64,000 nt of DNA from Octopus sinensis. Its lineage: Eukaryota. Positions 40,689 through 53,626 of the stretch are shown piece after piece. Within the stretch, counting starts at the first letter, position 1. The number at the start of each line of letters is the position of its first letter. The stretch covers positions 744,001 through 808,000 of the forward strand of contig NC_042999.1 of NCBI RefSeq assembly GCF_006345805.1, written 5' to 3'. The position numbers were made by a program, and so were the translations under genes. The notes below the pieces were generated by a model. The model had not been told where the DNA came from and did not search any database. It saw nothing but the letters and a program-made list of their open reading frames with translations.

Positions 40689-41559
40689 GCATACGCACAT
40701 ACACATATATATATGTATTTACGTATCTATACATGTACAACCCTGCGTACATATTTGTAGACTTAATTATATCATAGAAAAGAAAGCAAAGAATGTGTTC
40801 TATTGTCAATATCCCCAGCATCAGGTGCTGCTTACCAAAGTAAGAAGAGTCTCAGGTGTCGAAAAAAGTAGCAAAGAAACTCAGTTAAGGAATATGACAA
40901 ATAAACAATTGCTTGTAACTAGAGTCGTATGGTAGGACATGCAAGTCTTAGAAATACGTTTAAGCAAGAAAGTTTGAAAGTGGCAAAACCAAAGTTTTCC
41001 AAAGAATTATCCAAAAGTTTTTGTATGAACATAAAATTTAAAAATAAATTTATAATAAATTGAATTATGCAGAGGTGTCTGAAGTGTTATAAATGATGGA
41101 TAGCTTGAATAATTGCCGTATATTATTTTGGTACTTCTCTTTCGTTTTTGAGTTCAATGCTGTCTGGTTTCGTTTGAGCACTGAATATTTGTTAATTTCT
41201 CTCTTTTGTCTTTTGAAATAGAGGAATTGGCTACCTGGTGTTCGTTTAATTTCTTGTTGTAAAGCATGTGTCAACGTTAGGAATGAGTTTATTTGGAGAG
41301 AGATGCACGATATTTGAATAAAGTAGATATTTTCGTATATTTTACCATGTTTTTATGTAATAGATGCAAACAGCATGGTTATAAGGTTATGATATGAGCC
41401 TCTCAGGCACATGCTTTTGATTTTGATTCTGGTTAAGTGTCTTCTAGAATAATCCTCGGATGACAAAAGTCTTGTCAATGAATTTGGCACATTGAAACTG
41501 AAAGAAGCTGGTACTAAATATTATATGAATGTATGTAAGCATTTTTGCATGTATTCATG

Positions 41560-41594
<35 letters not shown>

Positions 41595-41752
41595 GTATAC
41601 ATGTACATACATACATACATATATATATATAATATATATATATCTGCATATATATATATATATATATATATAAACATGTCGAAATGATACATCGGTAGCC
41701 ACTGCACACTTTTTTCTCTCTCCTTTTTTCTCTCCTTGTTTTTTCTGTGTCC

Positions 41753-41788
41753 CTTTCTGTGGAAAAGCGTAGGCTCAAAACGTGAAAG
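41753..41788 (+). other. Degenerate HHR-like motif, same family as 24837
   Basis: CTTT-CTGTGGA-A-AAGC-GTAG-GCTC-AAAACGTG-AAAG; downstream flank similar to 24873-24960. Confidence 0.35.
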
Positions 41789-41889
41789 ACTTTTTCAATT
41801 CCTTAGCGTTATACTAATACATCTGTTTGTTTTGTACACCACCTGTCTTCGTCTTTTGTTTTTTTTTCCCGTGAACTTTCTACAAAGAA

Positions 41890-41909
41890 TATAGATACAT
41901 AGAAAGATT

Positions 41910-41988
<79 letters not shown>

Positions 41989-41989
41989 G

Positions 41990-42060
<71 letters not shown>
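41890..42060. repeat. (GATA)n microsatellite
   Basis: Direct read. Confidence 0.95.
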
Positions 42061-42061
<1 letters not shown>

Positions 42062-42609
42062 TGCACTCATGTATGTATGTCTCTTCTGTATATAATCATT
42101 TAAATTCTTCCAATGAGAAAGGAGCTGGTTTCTAACAAAGGTACAAAGCTCCGTCACTGGAATGTAGTCCACATAGAAATTAGAGATTACATTGATATCT
42201 TTTGTAGTTGCAGATCCTAGCTTTTAGCAATTTGTTTTTTGCAGCAGGAATGATAATGTGTTTAATGCCAAAATGAAGAGAAGTGTTTATGATTTTATGT
42301 AACCGTGTGCACTTTGTGAATTTTACGAATTGGAGTACAATCAGAATTTTACCATTTGGAGTATTTTACCATTTGGAATATTTTACCATTTGGAGTACAA
42401 CCAGGAATTTTTTGCTGCTATATTTGTGCTGCAAGGGATTTTTAACAGTGCTACAAAGGATTACCAGAGTTGAATTTTGTTGTCATTTGAACTGTCTTCC
42501 TTCGTTCTTTTTCTCTTGTCTGTCTTTCTGCTCATTTTTATGTTTGCATTAGAGACTTATATTTGAACATTTTTGATTTTATCGTGGACTTTTATATATT
42601 TTAGTTTAT

Positions 42610-44900
42610 TGTATTAATGGCAACCAAATGTAAGAAAGCCTTGGAGCGGCGAATTGTGGCCCCCAAGGAGTGGTTAAAAAGCTATGATGAGAGAATGGTG
42701 GAATATTCCCATTGAAATATCTATGGCATTGGAGACAATCATTCCACTCCCTTTTCTAAGTGTGAGGCTTCTGGCTCAGGTATTTCCGAGCCTTTCAATG
42801 GCAGCAATCAAAGTAGCATACACTTTTGCCAAATGGAAACCCTTCAGCAGCCATGAGTGGAGAATAGAAGCAAATGCCTTCATATAATCAAATCATTATG
42901 TTCTAAGGCTCCATCGATGTTTCGTTTTGCTTACCTCAGACACAAAACCTTAGTTTATTACAAGTTGTTCGGCAAATCCTAGCACACCCTTCTTTCCACC
43001 AGCCTGCTCATCCATCACTATATTGTTGGACTCACAATGAACCTGGAGGAATTATTTGAGGCAGCTTTTGTACAGTTTATACATATTATTTAGGCACACA
43101 ATGGGGCCTGTAGTTTTCTGATAACTCGATGTTTTCATTCTTGGCCACGAGATTCGTCCGTGCTGTTGCAATCCAATCTGGTATGGCATTCTGGATTTCC
43201 ATAGTGCTTTTGAATATACTTTTAGTGGTTTGCTGTAAAAATTCTGCCTCTTATACGAGTACCCAACTATTAAGCCTCTTCTAGGTGCCTTCGCTTTATG
43301 CAGTTTGCTTACAAGTATAATGAAAATTTCTAGGTCAATTGTATATGTTTAAATGTTGATGTTGGTACAGTATTCTCTCATTACTATATTTAGCCGCGGT
43401 GCATTGAGGTTGAAATGCCTCTTTTCGTTCCAGATTTTCAGCTAGAATGATTCAAGATCTTCTTAAGAGGGGGATTTTTAACGGTAATATCATCCTTCCT
43501 CATCTTTCTGTATACTGTCTGTGGTTTAGAAGCTGACATGTAATTTATAGATGCGTTCGAAAATGCGCTTCCGGTAGCAAAGATTTTCGCTCTGAGCCCT
43601 GAGTTCGTGTTTTGGAGTAATTAACCTCATCTCAAGAGCTTGTTGTATACAGTGTTGCTAATGTGTTTTTAAGATGTAACTGATGAGGTGTAAGCTCATT
43701 GTTCCTCTAACATTTTATTATCGTGATTAACCATTCAATATGGTGGCCTAGATTGTTGATGTTTTCCTTGCGTGTTGTTTTCCATCTAAGTTGTTTCGGT
43801 TTAGTGCTTTCATTACCATATATACTACAGGTTTCTCCTAAGTATTCTTTAAGAGTTATAGCAGCTGTATATATGATGTTATTAATACTCCAGTAATTAC
43901 CACATGGTTCCAGGTGCTCTCCAGCGACATCGTTGATAGCTTTCAACATTAGAACTGTTGGATTTTTTTCTTAATCCTGTTAAGAATGGCCTCTTATTTA
44001 ATGATAGCTTTGAAACAAGTAGAAAAGTTTCCTATGAACTGTAGTTTCAGGATATTTCTTATTTCTTTATTGCCCACAAGGGGATAAACATAGAGTGGAC
44101 AAGCAAAGACAGACAAACGGATTAAACCGATTACATCGACCCCAGTGCGTAACTGGTACTTAATTTATCGACCCCGAAAGGATGAAAGGCAAAGTCGACC
44201 TCGGCGAAATTTGAACTCACAACGTAACGGCAGACGAAATACCTATTTCTTTACTACCCACAAGGGGCTAAACACAGAGAGGATAAACAAGGACAGACAA
44301 AGGGATTAAACCGATTACATCGAGCCCAGTGCGTCTATGGTACTTAATTTATCGACCCCGAAAGGATGAAAGGCAAAGTCGACCTCGGCGAAATTTGAAC
44401 TCAGAACGTAAAGTCAGAGGAAGTACCGCTAAGCATTTCGCCCGGCGTGCTAACGTTTCTGCCAGCTCACGGCTTTGTTTCAGGATATTTCTAAGTTGAA
44501 TACACTCCACAGTTGTCTGTGTTGACTCAGCTACATTTGGAGAAGCACGAGAATTTAGAGATGGCGGCGGTTTATTTGCATTGTTTTGGCCAATTCTCAG
44601 TGTTTGAAGAAGATCGATTTGCATCACAAGAGCTACTTATTTTTCTCTTTAAAAAAGATGCTTGTTGCCGAAGTTGCTTTACCGTATGGTGCTCAAGCTA
44701 AGATAAGATTCGTCCCAATATTTTTTTAACCGCGTCATATATCCGATAGAAAGGTCTTCGCGGGCTTTTTCAGAGATTCGAATTAGATCTTCGCTTAGAT
44801 GTGGAGTCAAAGTAAAATGACAGGAATACTTACGTCTTCTTTGATAGCTTCCTGGTGTTGTATTGCTGTTTTCGTCAGTAGTGTTGTTGTTAGTTTCAGC
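42610..44900 (-). pseudogene. Decayed R4/Dong-like (RLE) non-LTR retrotransposon ORF, RT N-terminal half
   Basis: Minus translation: PDWIATARTNLVAKNE...NYRP/IVCLNNMYKL, DEQAGGKKG..G.AEQLVIN, DYMKAFASILHSWL. 5' boundary approximate. Confidence 0.7.
44060..44476 (-). mobile_element. SINE family B dimer inserted in the R4-like element
   Basis: 16-bp TSD GTTTCAGGATATTTCT at 44044-44059 and 44477-44492. Confidence 0.9.
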
Positions 44901-45262
44901 CATAATCCTGTTAGCGAAATTCCACGTGGTATAATGTGTATTTTAAAGTTCCGGTTCGAATAACGCTACCTTCGCAGGTAAAACGTGTTACTTTTATTCA
45001 TAATGGGAGAAGTAAACCAGTTACTGATTTAAGCTGGAGGTGTCGGCATAAATGTAGAAGGGGACCTTACAAAAATATATTTTAAAAGGCTCTCTACGCA
45101 TGCTTATCTGATGTTGACGACGCCATCTTGTATGCATGTATGTATGTATGTATGTATGTATGTATGTATGTATGTATGTATGTATGTATGTGTGTGTGTT
45201 TGTATGCATGCATGTATGTATGTATGCATGTATGTATGCATGCCTGTATGTATGCATGCATG

Positions 45263-45296
<34 letters not shown>

Positions 45297-45364
45297 TGTA
45301 TGTATGTATGTATGTATGTATGTATGTATGTATGTATGTATGTATGTATGTATGTATGTATGTA

Positions 45365-45395
<31 letters not shown>

Positions 45396-45421
45396 ATGTG
45401 TGTATGTATGTATGTATGTAT

Positions 45422-45494
45422 GCCTCCATTGCTCAGAGGTTAGAGCACTAGTCTTGTAAACGAAGGGTCGTGAGTTCAATTCTTACTGGGGGCT
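45422..45494 (+). tRNA. tRNA-Thr(UGU)-derived copy, probably a pseudogene
   Basis: Acceptor GCCTCCA/TGGGGGC, D stem GCTC/GAGC, anticodon TGT at 45455-45457, T stem GTGAG/CTTAC; two mismatches in the anticodon stem. Confidence 0.75.
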
Positions 45495-46411
45495 TCATAA
45501 AGAATTTTTTTAATGGTGGTGCCCCAGCATGGTCAAATCTCGTTAGCTGAAACTAGATGAAATAAATAATATAAATAAAATGTATGTATGTATGTATGTA
45601 TGTATGTATGTATGTATGTATGTATGTAGGTATGTATGTATGTATGTATGAGTGCGTGTAAGTACCATGTATACTGCAGGTTTCTCCTAAGTATTCTTTA
45701 AGAGTTATAGCAGCTGTATATATGAGGTTATTAATACTCCAGTAATTATCACATGGCTCCAGGTCTTGACATCATGAGATTGTTGTAAATTATTGTCACA
45801 GACATATAAGCTATGACATCCATTTCCAATATGTTTGGTCGTCATGTGACAGGAAGGATATTTTGTAGTAGAAAACATATCCCAATAAATCTCTATCTGA
45901 TCAATTCAATCATGGGAAAGTGGACATTGAAATGACGATGATGATACTCTTTAATGATAAAGCGAGAGAACAATGCTCAAAGAAGAGGATGGTAAAGTAG
46001 GAATAGGAGGCATTCAACCTCTTCCTCATTATCATCATCGCCATCATCATCTGGTTTGGTTTTCTCAGTTTCAATCTGTACAATCCACCCGTCTCGGTCT
46101 TACATTTGTGAAACGAGGTCTTCGGGAGGCATCCCGAATTGGCGTATTGATGTTTGGCGTATTGATGTTTGGACGACTTGCTCAAGTATGGCCATGCATT
46201 GGGACCAATAGCAGTAGGTCATTCGACAGCTCTTGCGGTGTGGATTTGCGATGAAAACTCCCATCCATTGGGTCCTTAGTTTGCGGAGAGGGTTATGGTC
46301 TGTAGATATATGTGAGAATACTCATTAAGCAGTCCAGGACAAAATCACGGGTTGCTCTTTCGCAAGGAATAGCATTTGTTAGCCAACCAAGAAGGGTTAT
46401 CGTATAATTCT

Positions 46412-46638
46412 TATTTCTTTATTGCCCACAAAGGGCTAAACATAGAGGAGACAAACAAGGACAAAGGATTAAGTCGATTACATCGACCCCCAGTGCATAA
46501 CTGGTACTTAATTTATCGACCCCGAAAGGATGAAATGCAAAGTCGACCTCCGCGGAATTTGAACTCAGAACGTAACGGCAGACGAATCACCGCTAAGCAT
46601 TTCGCCTAGCTTGTTAACGTTTCTGCTAGATTGCCGCC
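46412..46638 (-). mobile_element. SINE family B monomer
   Basis: TSD TATAATTCT at 46403-46411 and 46639-46647. Confidence 0.9.
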
Positions 46639-47524
46639 TATAATTCTGAAACCCTAAACAATGTTGAAATGCCCCTATCATCGGAAGGCAGAGTGGTTGT
46701 AGGGAACGAATGGTAAACCATAAAAAATGCTTTGTTTTTGGATTCTTCCCAATTCATAAAACAAATCACACTTTTATGAACCTTGATCTCGAAGCCATCA
46801 GTTTGACTGGCGCTGCAATCGTCTATAGGACCTGAGCCAACAGACGAGAAATTAGCAACCGAAAGCCATTCCGTGACTCGCGTTAAACTTTATCATAGAA
46901 CTTATGGAAATATTCTCAACCCTCTTCTTCTATGTTTTAATGAAATATGCTACCACAGCATTTTAATTCATTTTGACAATAATCAAGAATTCTTTAGGCA
47001 TTTAGTAAAATAATTAACTTTTTAATTATTAAAGTGGCGTTTCATTATTAACGAGGTTCCTGTATTAATGTGGTGATATAATTAACAAAAGGTTCTGACA
47101 GTAAATTATGATGTAAGGTTTTAATTGAAGTATAAACATTCTAAAATATATATCACTCTTTCATTCTCTTTCCTTCTCTCTCTTTCTCTCTCTCTTTCCC
47201 TCTCTCTTTCTTTCTGTTTCACTTTCTCTTTCCACACAACTCATGAACTTTCAATAGCATAATGACTTCATTCTCCTGATATACTCTTTCATTATCTCTC
47301 CTTCTCCTTCTCTAAAGTAAGCAATTACTGGTAATGCAATAGACAGTGGGCGCAGGCGCAGGCAATAGACAGTCGATCTAATCGACTAGCCCCCTCTCCC
47401 CAAAATTTCGGAGCTTGTGCATAGAGTAGAAAAGAATATCATGATCATATTTCTAAATTTTACCAAATATTGTACATATTAGTGACACTCCTTCTTCTCC
47501 CATCTTTTGATCCATTTGAAACTA

Positions 47525-47727
47525 CAAGGGTTTGCTGAAAAGTTCCTGGCCTTAAGGGTGTCGCGAAAGGCCTGGATGGAAGCCCCAAATCCCAAGTTCT
47601 TTTACAAGGCTTAGAAAAACTGAAGGACCGCTGCAATAAGTGTGTGGAATATATTGAATAAAACCATAACTAACTGATCCTCCTGCATTTTCTTTTACCC
47701 AAGCTAGGAACTTTTCAGTAACATTTC
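47525..47727 (+). mobile_element. Internally deleted mariner derivative (MITE)
   Basis: TIR core GCTGAAAAGTTCCTGGC / GCTAGGAACTTTTCAGT; 47602-47661 encodes LQGLEKLKDRCNKCVEYIE*, a mariner C-terminus. Confidence 0.7.
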
Positions 47728-47907
47728 TTCTGGTTCTTTATATTCTACGATCAAATGCTGCCGAGGTCGATTTTCCTGTCATCCTTTCAGTGTTGATAAA
47801 TCTAAATACCAGTTAAGCACAAGGGACGATGATGCAATCGACTTCATCTTCCCCTCAAAAGTGCTGGCCTTGTACCCAAATTAGGAAGTATTATAAGAAT
47901 TATATTC

Positions 47908-48308
47908 TTTTCTATTCTAGGCACAAGGCCCGAAATTTTGGGTGAGGGGGCCAGTCGATTAGATCGACCCCAGTACGCAACTGGTACTTAATTTATTGAC
48001 CCAGAAAGGATGAAATGCAAAGTCGACATCGGCGGAATTTGAACTCAGAACGTAGCAGCAGACCGGTAGACGAAATACCTATTTCTTTACTACCCACAGG
48101 GGGTTAGACACAGAGATGACAAGCAAGGACAGAAAAACGGATTAAGTCGATTATATCGACTCCAGTGCGTAACTGGTACTCATTTAATCGACCTCGAAAG
48201 GATGAAAGGCAAAGTCGACCTCGCGCAGAATTTGAACTCAGAACGTAACGGCAGACATACTGCTAATCATTTCACCTGGCGCACTAACGTTTCTGCCAGC
48301 TCGCCGCC
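47908..48308 (-). mobile_element. SINE family B heterodimer (two different tails)
   Basis: 17-bp TSD TTATAAGAA(T/A)TATATTC at 47891 and 48309. Confidence 0.85.
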
Positions 48309-48650
48309 TTATAAGAAATATATTCATATGTCTTTTGTGTAAGCCAAACTTTCTTACTCCTTTTACCACTCTCTCTCTCTCTCTCTCTCTCTCCCTCTCT
48401 CCTTCTGTCACTCTGCCTGTCTCTCTCTTTCTTTCCCTCTCTCTATCCATATAGCTCTCTCTCTTTCTCTTTCGTTCAAGCTCTCTCTCTTTTCTCATAC
48501 ATGGTGATCACTCGGCCGTAAAATCTGTTCCAAAGCAGACACTGAAATTTGATGCGGTCCTTGGACACAACGGATCCCTGTCAAACCATCCAACTCACGT
48601 CATCATGGATGATGGACGTTAAAGGATGATGATGACGATGATGATGATGT

Positions 48651-48698
<48 letters not shown>

Positions 48699-49427
48699 CT
48701 ATGGTGGTGGTAGTTGTTGTTGGTGGTGGTGGTGATGACGACGAGAACAGCAACGACGAGGAAATATATATATAGAGAGAGACAGATAGATACATATAGA
48801 GAAAGAGAAAGAGAAAGAGAGAGAGAGAGAGAGAATGAACGAAAGAGAAAAAGTGAATATGAGACAAACAGCAAGAATGAGAATAAATGTGAGAAAGACA
48901 GAGTGATGGATAGACAGACAGACAGAGAAAAGGGAGAGAAAGAGGGAGAAAGAGAGAGAGAGAAAGTAAGAGAGACGGAGTGAGAAAGAGTATAATTGCA
49001 TGATGTATGAATGAAACCAGTTCCCGTACTCCTGAGCATATCAGAATGCTATTCATTAATAGGCAACGATGAAGCATGAAATCCAATCCCCATTTATCAG
49101 ATCATGTTCATACTTGAAGGAATTAAAGAGATTCAGGAATGGTTTTGTAACAAAAGAACTCAGAAAATATTTTTTTGTTTAAAAAGAAGTTTGATATCGC
49201 AGTAGGTTGTTTATGACTTTCTTTACACAGAACAGAAACCATTACTTTTGATCGTTACATTCTTTGATATCAGATGAGAAACGCTTCAAATAATTCTCAT
49301 TTATCTATCTGTGTAGTATCTACCTATCAATCTATCCGGCTGCCTGTCTACCTGTCTGTCTGTTTGTCTGTCTGTCCGTCTTTCTGTCAGTCTATCCATC
49401 CATCCATCCATCCATCCATCGATCCAG

Positions 49428-49529
<102 letters not shown>

Positions 49530-49621
49530 CTCTATCCATCTATCTATCTTTCTATCTAATTAATGGACTGTCTGTTTATTTATCTATCTATCTAAATATC
49601 TATCTATCTATCTATCTATCC

Positions 49622-49687
<66 letters not shown>

Positions 49688-49979
49688 ATACATGCCACTC
49701 ACTATGTAACTTGCTCTATATCTATCTTGTCACTGGATTATATCACCAGGTTTTTAACCTTTATTTTTCAGGCTGGGAATCTCACCCCAAAATCTATTTC
49801 AGTGGAATATTTTTGTAGAGTAGAATAAAATAATATAAAAATATTCTCTAACTTTCTGACATTGTCAAATTGAGATTGAAAATTATAAATCTGATTAGAA
49901 GATTAATTTGTACATAGCTTCTGGTCAGTAGACACTCGGACATTGTGATTTGAATTAAGTTTTGCAATAGATGTTGGAA

Positions 49980-50022
<43 letters not shown>

Positions 50023-50106
50023 AAGAGAGCGTATGGATACTTATTATAAAGTGAGGACATAGATGAAAAACGGATTGAAATATCACTAATATACAAGGAA
50101 TTGTAA

Positions 50107-50415
50107 AGGAGTGTAGCTTAGCGACTTAGGTATTCAGTTTGTGATCATAATCTCGTGAGTTCGATTCCTGACAGCGCGTTATGCCTTTGCGTAAGACACT
50201 TTATTTCACGTGACTCCAGTTCACTCACCAGGCAAAAGTGAGCTGTACCTGTATGTGAAAGGACCATCCATGTCACTTTCTCTATCATGATGGATCTTTC
50301 GAGAACTCTGCGACAGTTATGCATGCTTGTGGCGTGCTTGTCCACTGTTCGTACGAGCAGGCTGTAAGGTCGTTCGGATAAACTGGAACATTCGCCGCTG
50401 TAACCAAAGGTGTCT
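50107..50415 (+). mobile_element. Old SINE with D-type head and C-type tail
   Basis: GAGTTCGATTCC B-box, AAGACACTTTATTTCACG, tail GAGCAGGCTG...AACTGGAAC. Confidence 0.65.
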
Positions 50416-50861
50416 CAGCGGCAAAAAAAATTGAAGTTAGAAATAAAGATTAACATTTCTAATCACTTACCCCCAGGGCCTGATCACGTAAGCAATTTAC
50501 TTTAATTCATGCTGTTCCAGGCCAACTAAGTGTAAATATATACCATATGACAATTGGACATTACTGCTTTGTTTAGTAAGTATTTCCAAGTACGCAATAT
50601 ACACTTCAAGCATTCCCATGGATACGAGACGAATTCAAATCTGGCTTCAGTTTATTGACGTGTGTAATGTGAATGTAGAAAGATGTGGCGAAATACCCAG
50701 ACGACTGCAGCTTAAGTGAGAAAAAATTGAGAAGACTGTTGTATCATTTATAGAAGCACAGTGCTCCAAATACACAGAAAATATATCTCTAGCAGACGAA
50801 AATCACCCAGGGGCAGTTGTGGACATTACTTCATTACTTTAAGTATGATGTATATATTGCT

Positions 50862-51440
50862 ATTTTAAATTTGAAGATTTTGAGTCATACACCTCCTTAG
50901 CATAAGAGTACAGACCCTTGGCATCATTCCTATCAGCTGCTTCTTGTGCCCCTTTTGCTCTATCATTCCACCATTCCTGTTTAGTTTTCCTTAGAGCAGT
51001 CTGCACTTTCCCTTTCAGCTTTCTGCAAGCTACATTTGAGTTGGGATTCAAGGACTGAGATAAAAGTGTTTTGCCTAAATTTTGTTTTTCTAAAAGTAGG
51101 TCCTGAATTTCCGCTGATCTATCTGAGAACCAGTCACTGGACTTATGTGATTTAAATCACGCTGACGAACTTGCAGCCGGAAATACTTTTGTTTTGAAAT
51201 CTTCCCATAGATTGTTTGGGTCAAGATTGGTACTTTCTACAGCATCGTGGAATCTTTGCAAGTTGCTTGGTAATTTGAAGTTTGAAATATTTAACTTTTT
51301 GGATACCTTAGGACCAATCTGATGACTTCTAGGCATTCTCGAGAAATATTTTCTTTTCCACGCACAAGACGATGGTCAGTCCAGCTCCTTGCTCCTCTCA
51401 TGGCCCGAACACTAGAAACATCTTTTATATCACGTTTTCT
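50862..51440 (-). pseudogene. RTE-type LINE fragment (AP endonuclease end and linker)
   Basis: RDIKDV...RAMRGA/WTDHRLVRGK and KVQTALRKTKQEWWNDRA..AQEAADRNDAKGLY...KEVY. Confidence 0.75.
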
Positions 51441-51599
51441 TATCAAAATGCTTTATATGTATATATATATATATAAATGCATATATATATGTGTGTGTGT
51501 ATGTATATTTATGTATGTGTGTATATATATATGCATATATATATCTGTATATATATTTATCTGTATATATTATATCTGTATATATATATATATATATAT

Positions 51600-51637
<38 letters not shown>

Positions 51638-51764
51638 TATATATACTCATATACATATATATATATGTATATATATATATATATGTTTTCCTTATGGATT
51701 AACTAGGAAACAATTACTAGAACTATTCAAGTGTTAGTAACAGATTTACTCCACCCCATATGGT

Positions 51765-52108
51765 GTGCTGAGACCCCCTTCGGTCATGACTAACCGTCGG
51801 ATTGCAACTAGAAAGTTACTCTCCCAGGCACAAGTCCGGGCAAGGGTGTTTATGGAAGACCAGCAGTCGCCCATGCATACTGGCCTCCCCTCTGCACGCC
51901 ACCAGTGTTATCCAAGGGAAAGGCAAAGGGGCCAATACAGCTGGCACCTGTGATGTCGCGACTCATTTCTACAGCTGAGTGAACTGGAGCAACGTGAAGT
52001 AAAGTGTCTTGCTCAAGACAAGAGCACAACAAGCAGCCCGGTCCGGGATTCGACCTCACAACCTCACGATCGTAAGCTCGACGTTCTAACCACTGAGCCA
52101 AGCGTCCT
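51765..52108 (-). mobile_element. SINE family D (tRNA-Arg-like head, CORE-like segment)
   Basis: TGGCTCAGTGG A-box, CTTACGAT loop, GGTCGAATCCC B-box, CTTGAGCAAGACACTT. Confidence 0.8.
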
Positions 52109-52302
52109 AACATATAGTATGACACTATGTGGAATTCCATAATATTTTACGCACATTCTTTAATGGAACACTTGAAAAATTGTGGAATTTATTGTATAAA
52201 GCCATTAGTAGCATTATTAATCCGCAAATAAAGAAAGTGTTCATCCGTCTTACTCAGTGCACTGCATTCATTGTTACTGTATACATATCATATATGTATA
52301 TG

Positions 52303-52367
<65 letters not shown>

Positions 52368-52614
52368 CTATATATACACATTTATATGTATGCATATATG
52401 TATGTATGCATATATATATGTATGTATGCATATATATACGTATATATACATTTATATGTATATATATATATATATATATTTACATCTATATTGTATAGAG
52501 GGCATTATTACACATAAATGCCTCACACTAGGAGGACAAAGTCATTACTACCAAAAATTATACTAATCATACCCAATGCAGTTTTTCAAAGCAAGACATT
52601 TAAAAATGAATTAT

Positions 52615-52670
52615 GTTCTGTATCACCGTGATTTCACATACAACTTGCGTCTAATGATCGTCAGCAGAAC
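52615..52670 (-). ncRNA. Type I hammerhead ribozyme, unit 1
   Basis: GTTCTG-CTGACGA-T-CAT-TAGACGCAAGTTGT-ATG-T-GAAA-TCA-CGG-TGA-TA-CAGAAC; intact core, AUA site. Confidence 0.8.
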
Positions 52671-53088
52671 TGATTCTGATACATCATAAATAAACTACCA
52701 ACCTTACGTAGCGAAGACGAAGAGAACAACTGCTCACTCCGGCCAAGCACATGGAATGTTATAAATCATATATCCGGTAAATGGCGGGCTTTTTACGAAC
52801 TGCATGTCGGGTAATGAAAAGTATTTCGGTAAGTTTAACAATTAAGGATAATCTCTTAATAGGGATCTTAACAAGAAATTATCGGTAGCTAGCGTGAAAA
52901 CCTCATAAAAGAAAAGAATCCGAAAATAATTTTTTCTTTTGAACAAATTAATTATATCTATATTGTATAGAGGGCATTATTACACATAAATGCCTCACAC
53001 TAGGAGGGACAAAGTCATTACTACCAAAAATTATACTAATCATACCCAAATGCAGTTTTTCAAAGCAAGACATTTAAAAATGAATTAT

Positions 53089-53144
53089 GTTCTGTATCAC
53101 CGTGATTTCACATACAACTTGCGTCTAATGATCGTCAGCAGAAC
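53089..53144 (-). ncRNA. Type I hammerhead ribozyme, unit 2
   Basis: Same motif as unit 1. Confidence 0.8.
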
Positions 53145-53570
53145 TGATTCTGAATACATCATAAATAAACTACCAACCTTACGTAGCGAAGACGAACAGA
53201 CAACTGCTCACTCCGGCCAAGCACATGGAATGTTTATAAATCATATATCCGGTAAATGGCGGGCTTTTTACGAACTGCATGTCGGGTAATGAAAAGTATT
53301 TCGGAATAAGTTTAACAATTAAGGATAATCTCTTAATAAGGGATCTTAACAAGAAATTATCGGTAGCTAGCGTGAAAACCTCATAAAAGAAAAGAATCCG
53401 AAAATAATTTTTTCTTTTGAACAAATTAATTATATCTATATTGTATAGAGGGCATTATTACATTACACATAATGCCTCACACTAGGAGGGACAAAGTCAT
53501 TACTACCAAAAATTATACTAATCATACCCAAATGCAGTTTTTCAAAGCAAGACATTTAAAAATGAATTAT

Positions 53571-53626
53571 GTTCTGTATCACCGTGATTTCACATACAAC
53601 TTGCGTCTAATGATCGTCAGCAGAAC
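53571..53626 (-). ncRNA. Type I hammerhead ribozyme, unit 3
   Basis: Same motif as unit 1. Confidence 0.8.

Noticed and set aside
42320-42410. Short repeats TTTTACCATTTGGA as a CRISPR-like array
   Set aside because: Adjacent minisatellite units without unique spacers, in eukaryotic context with no cas genes.
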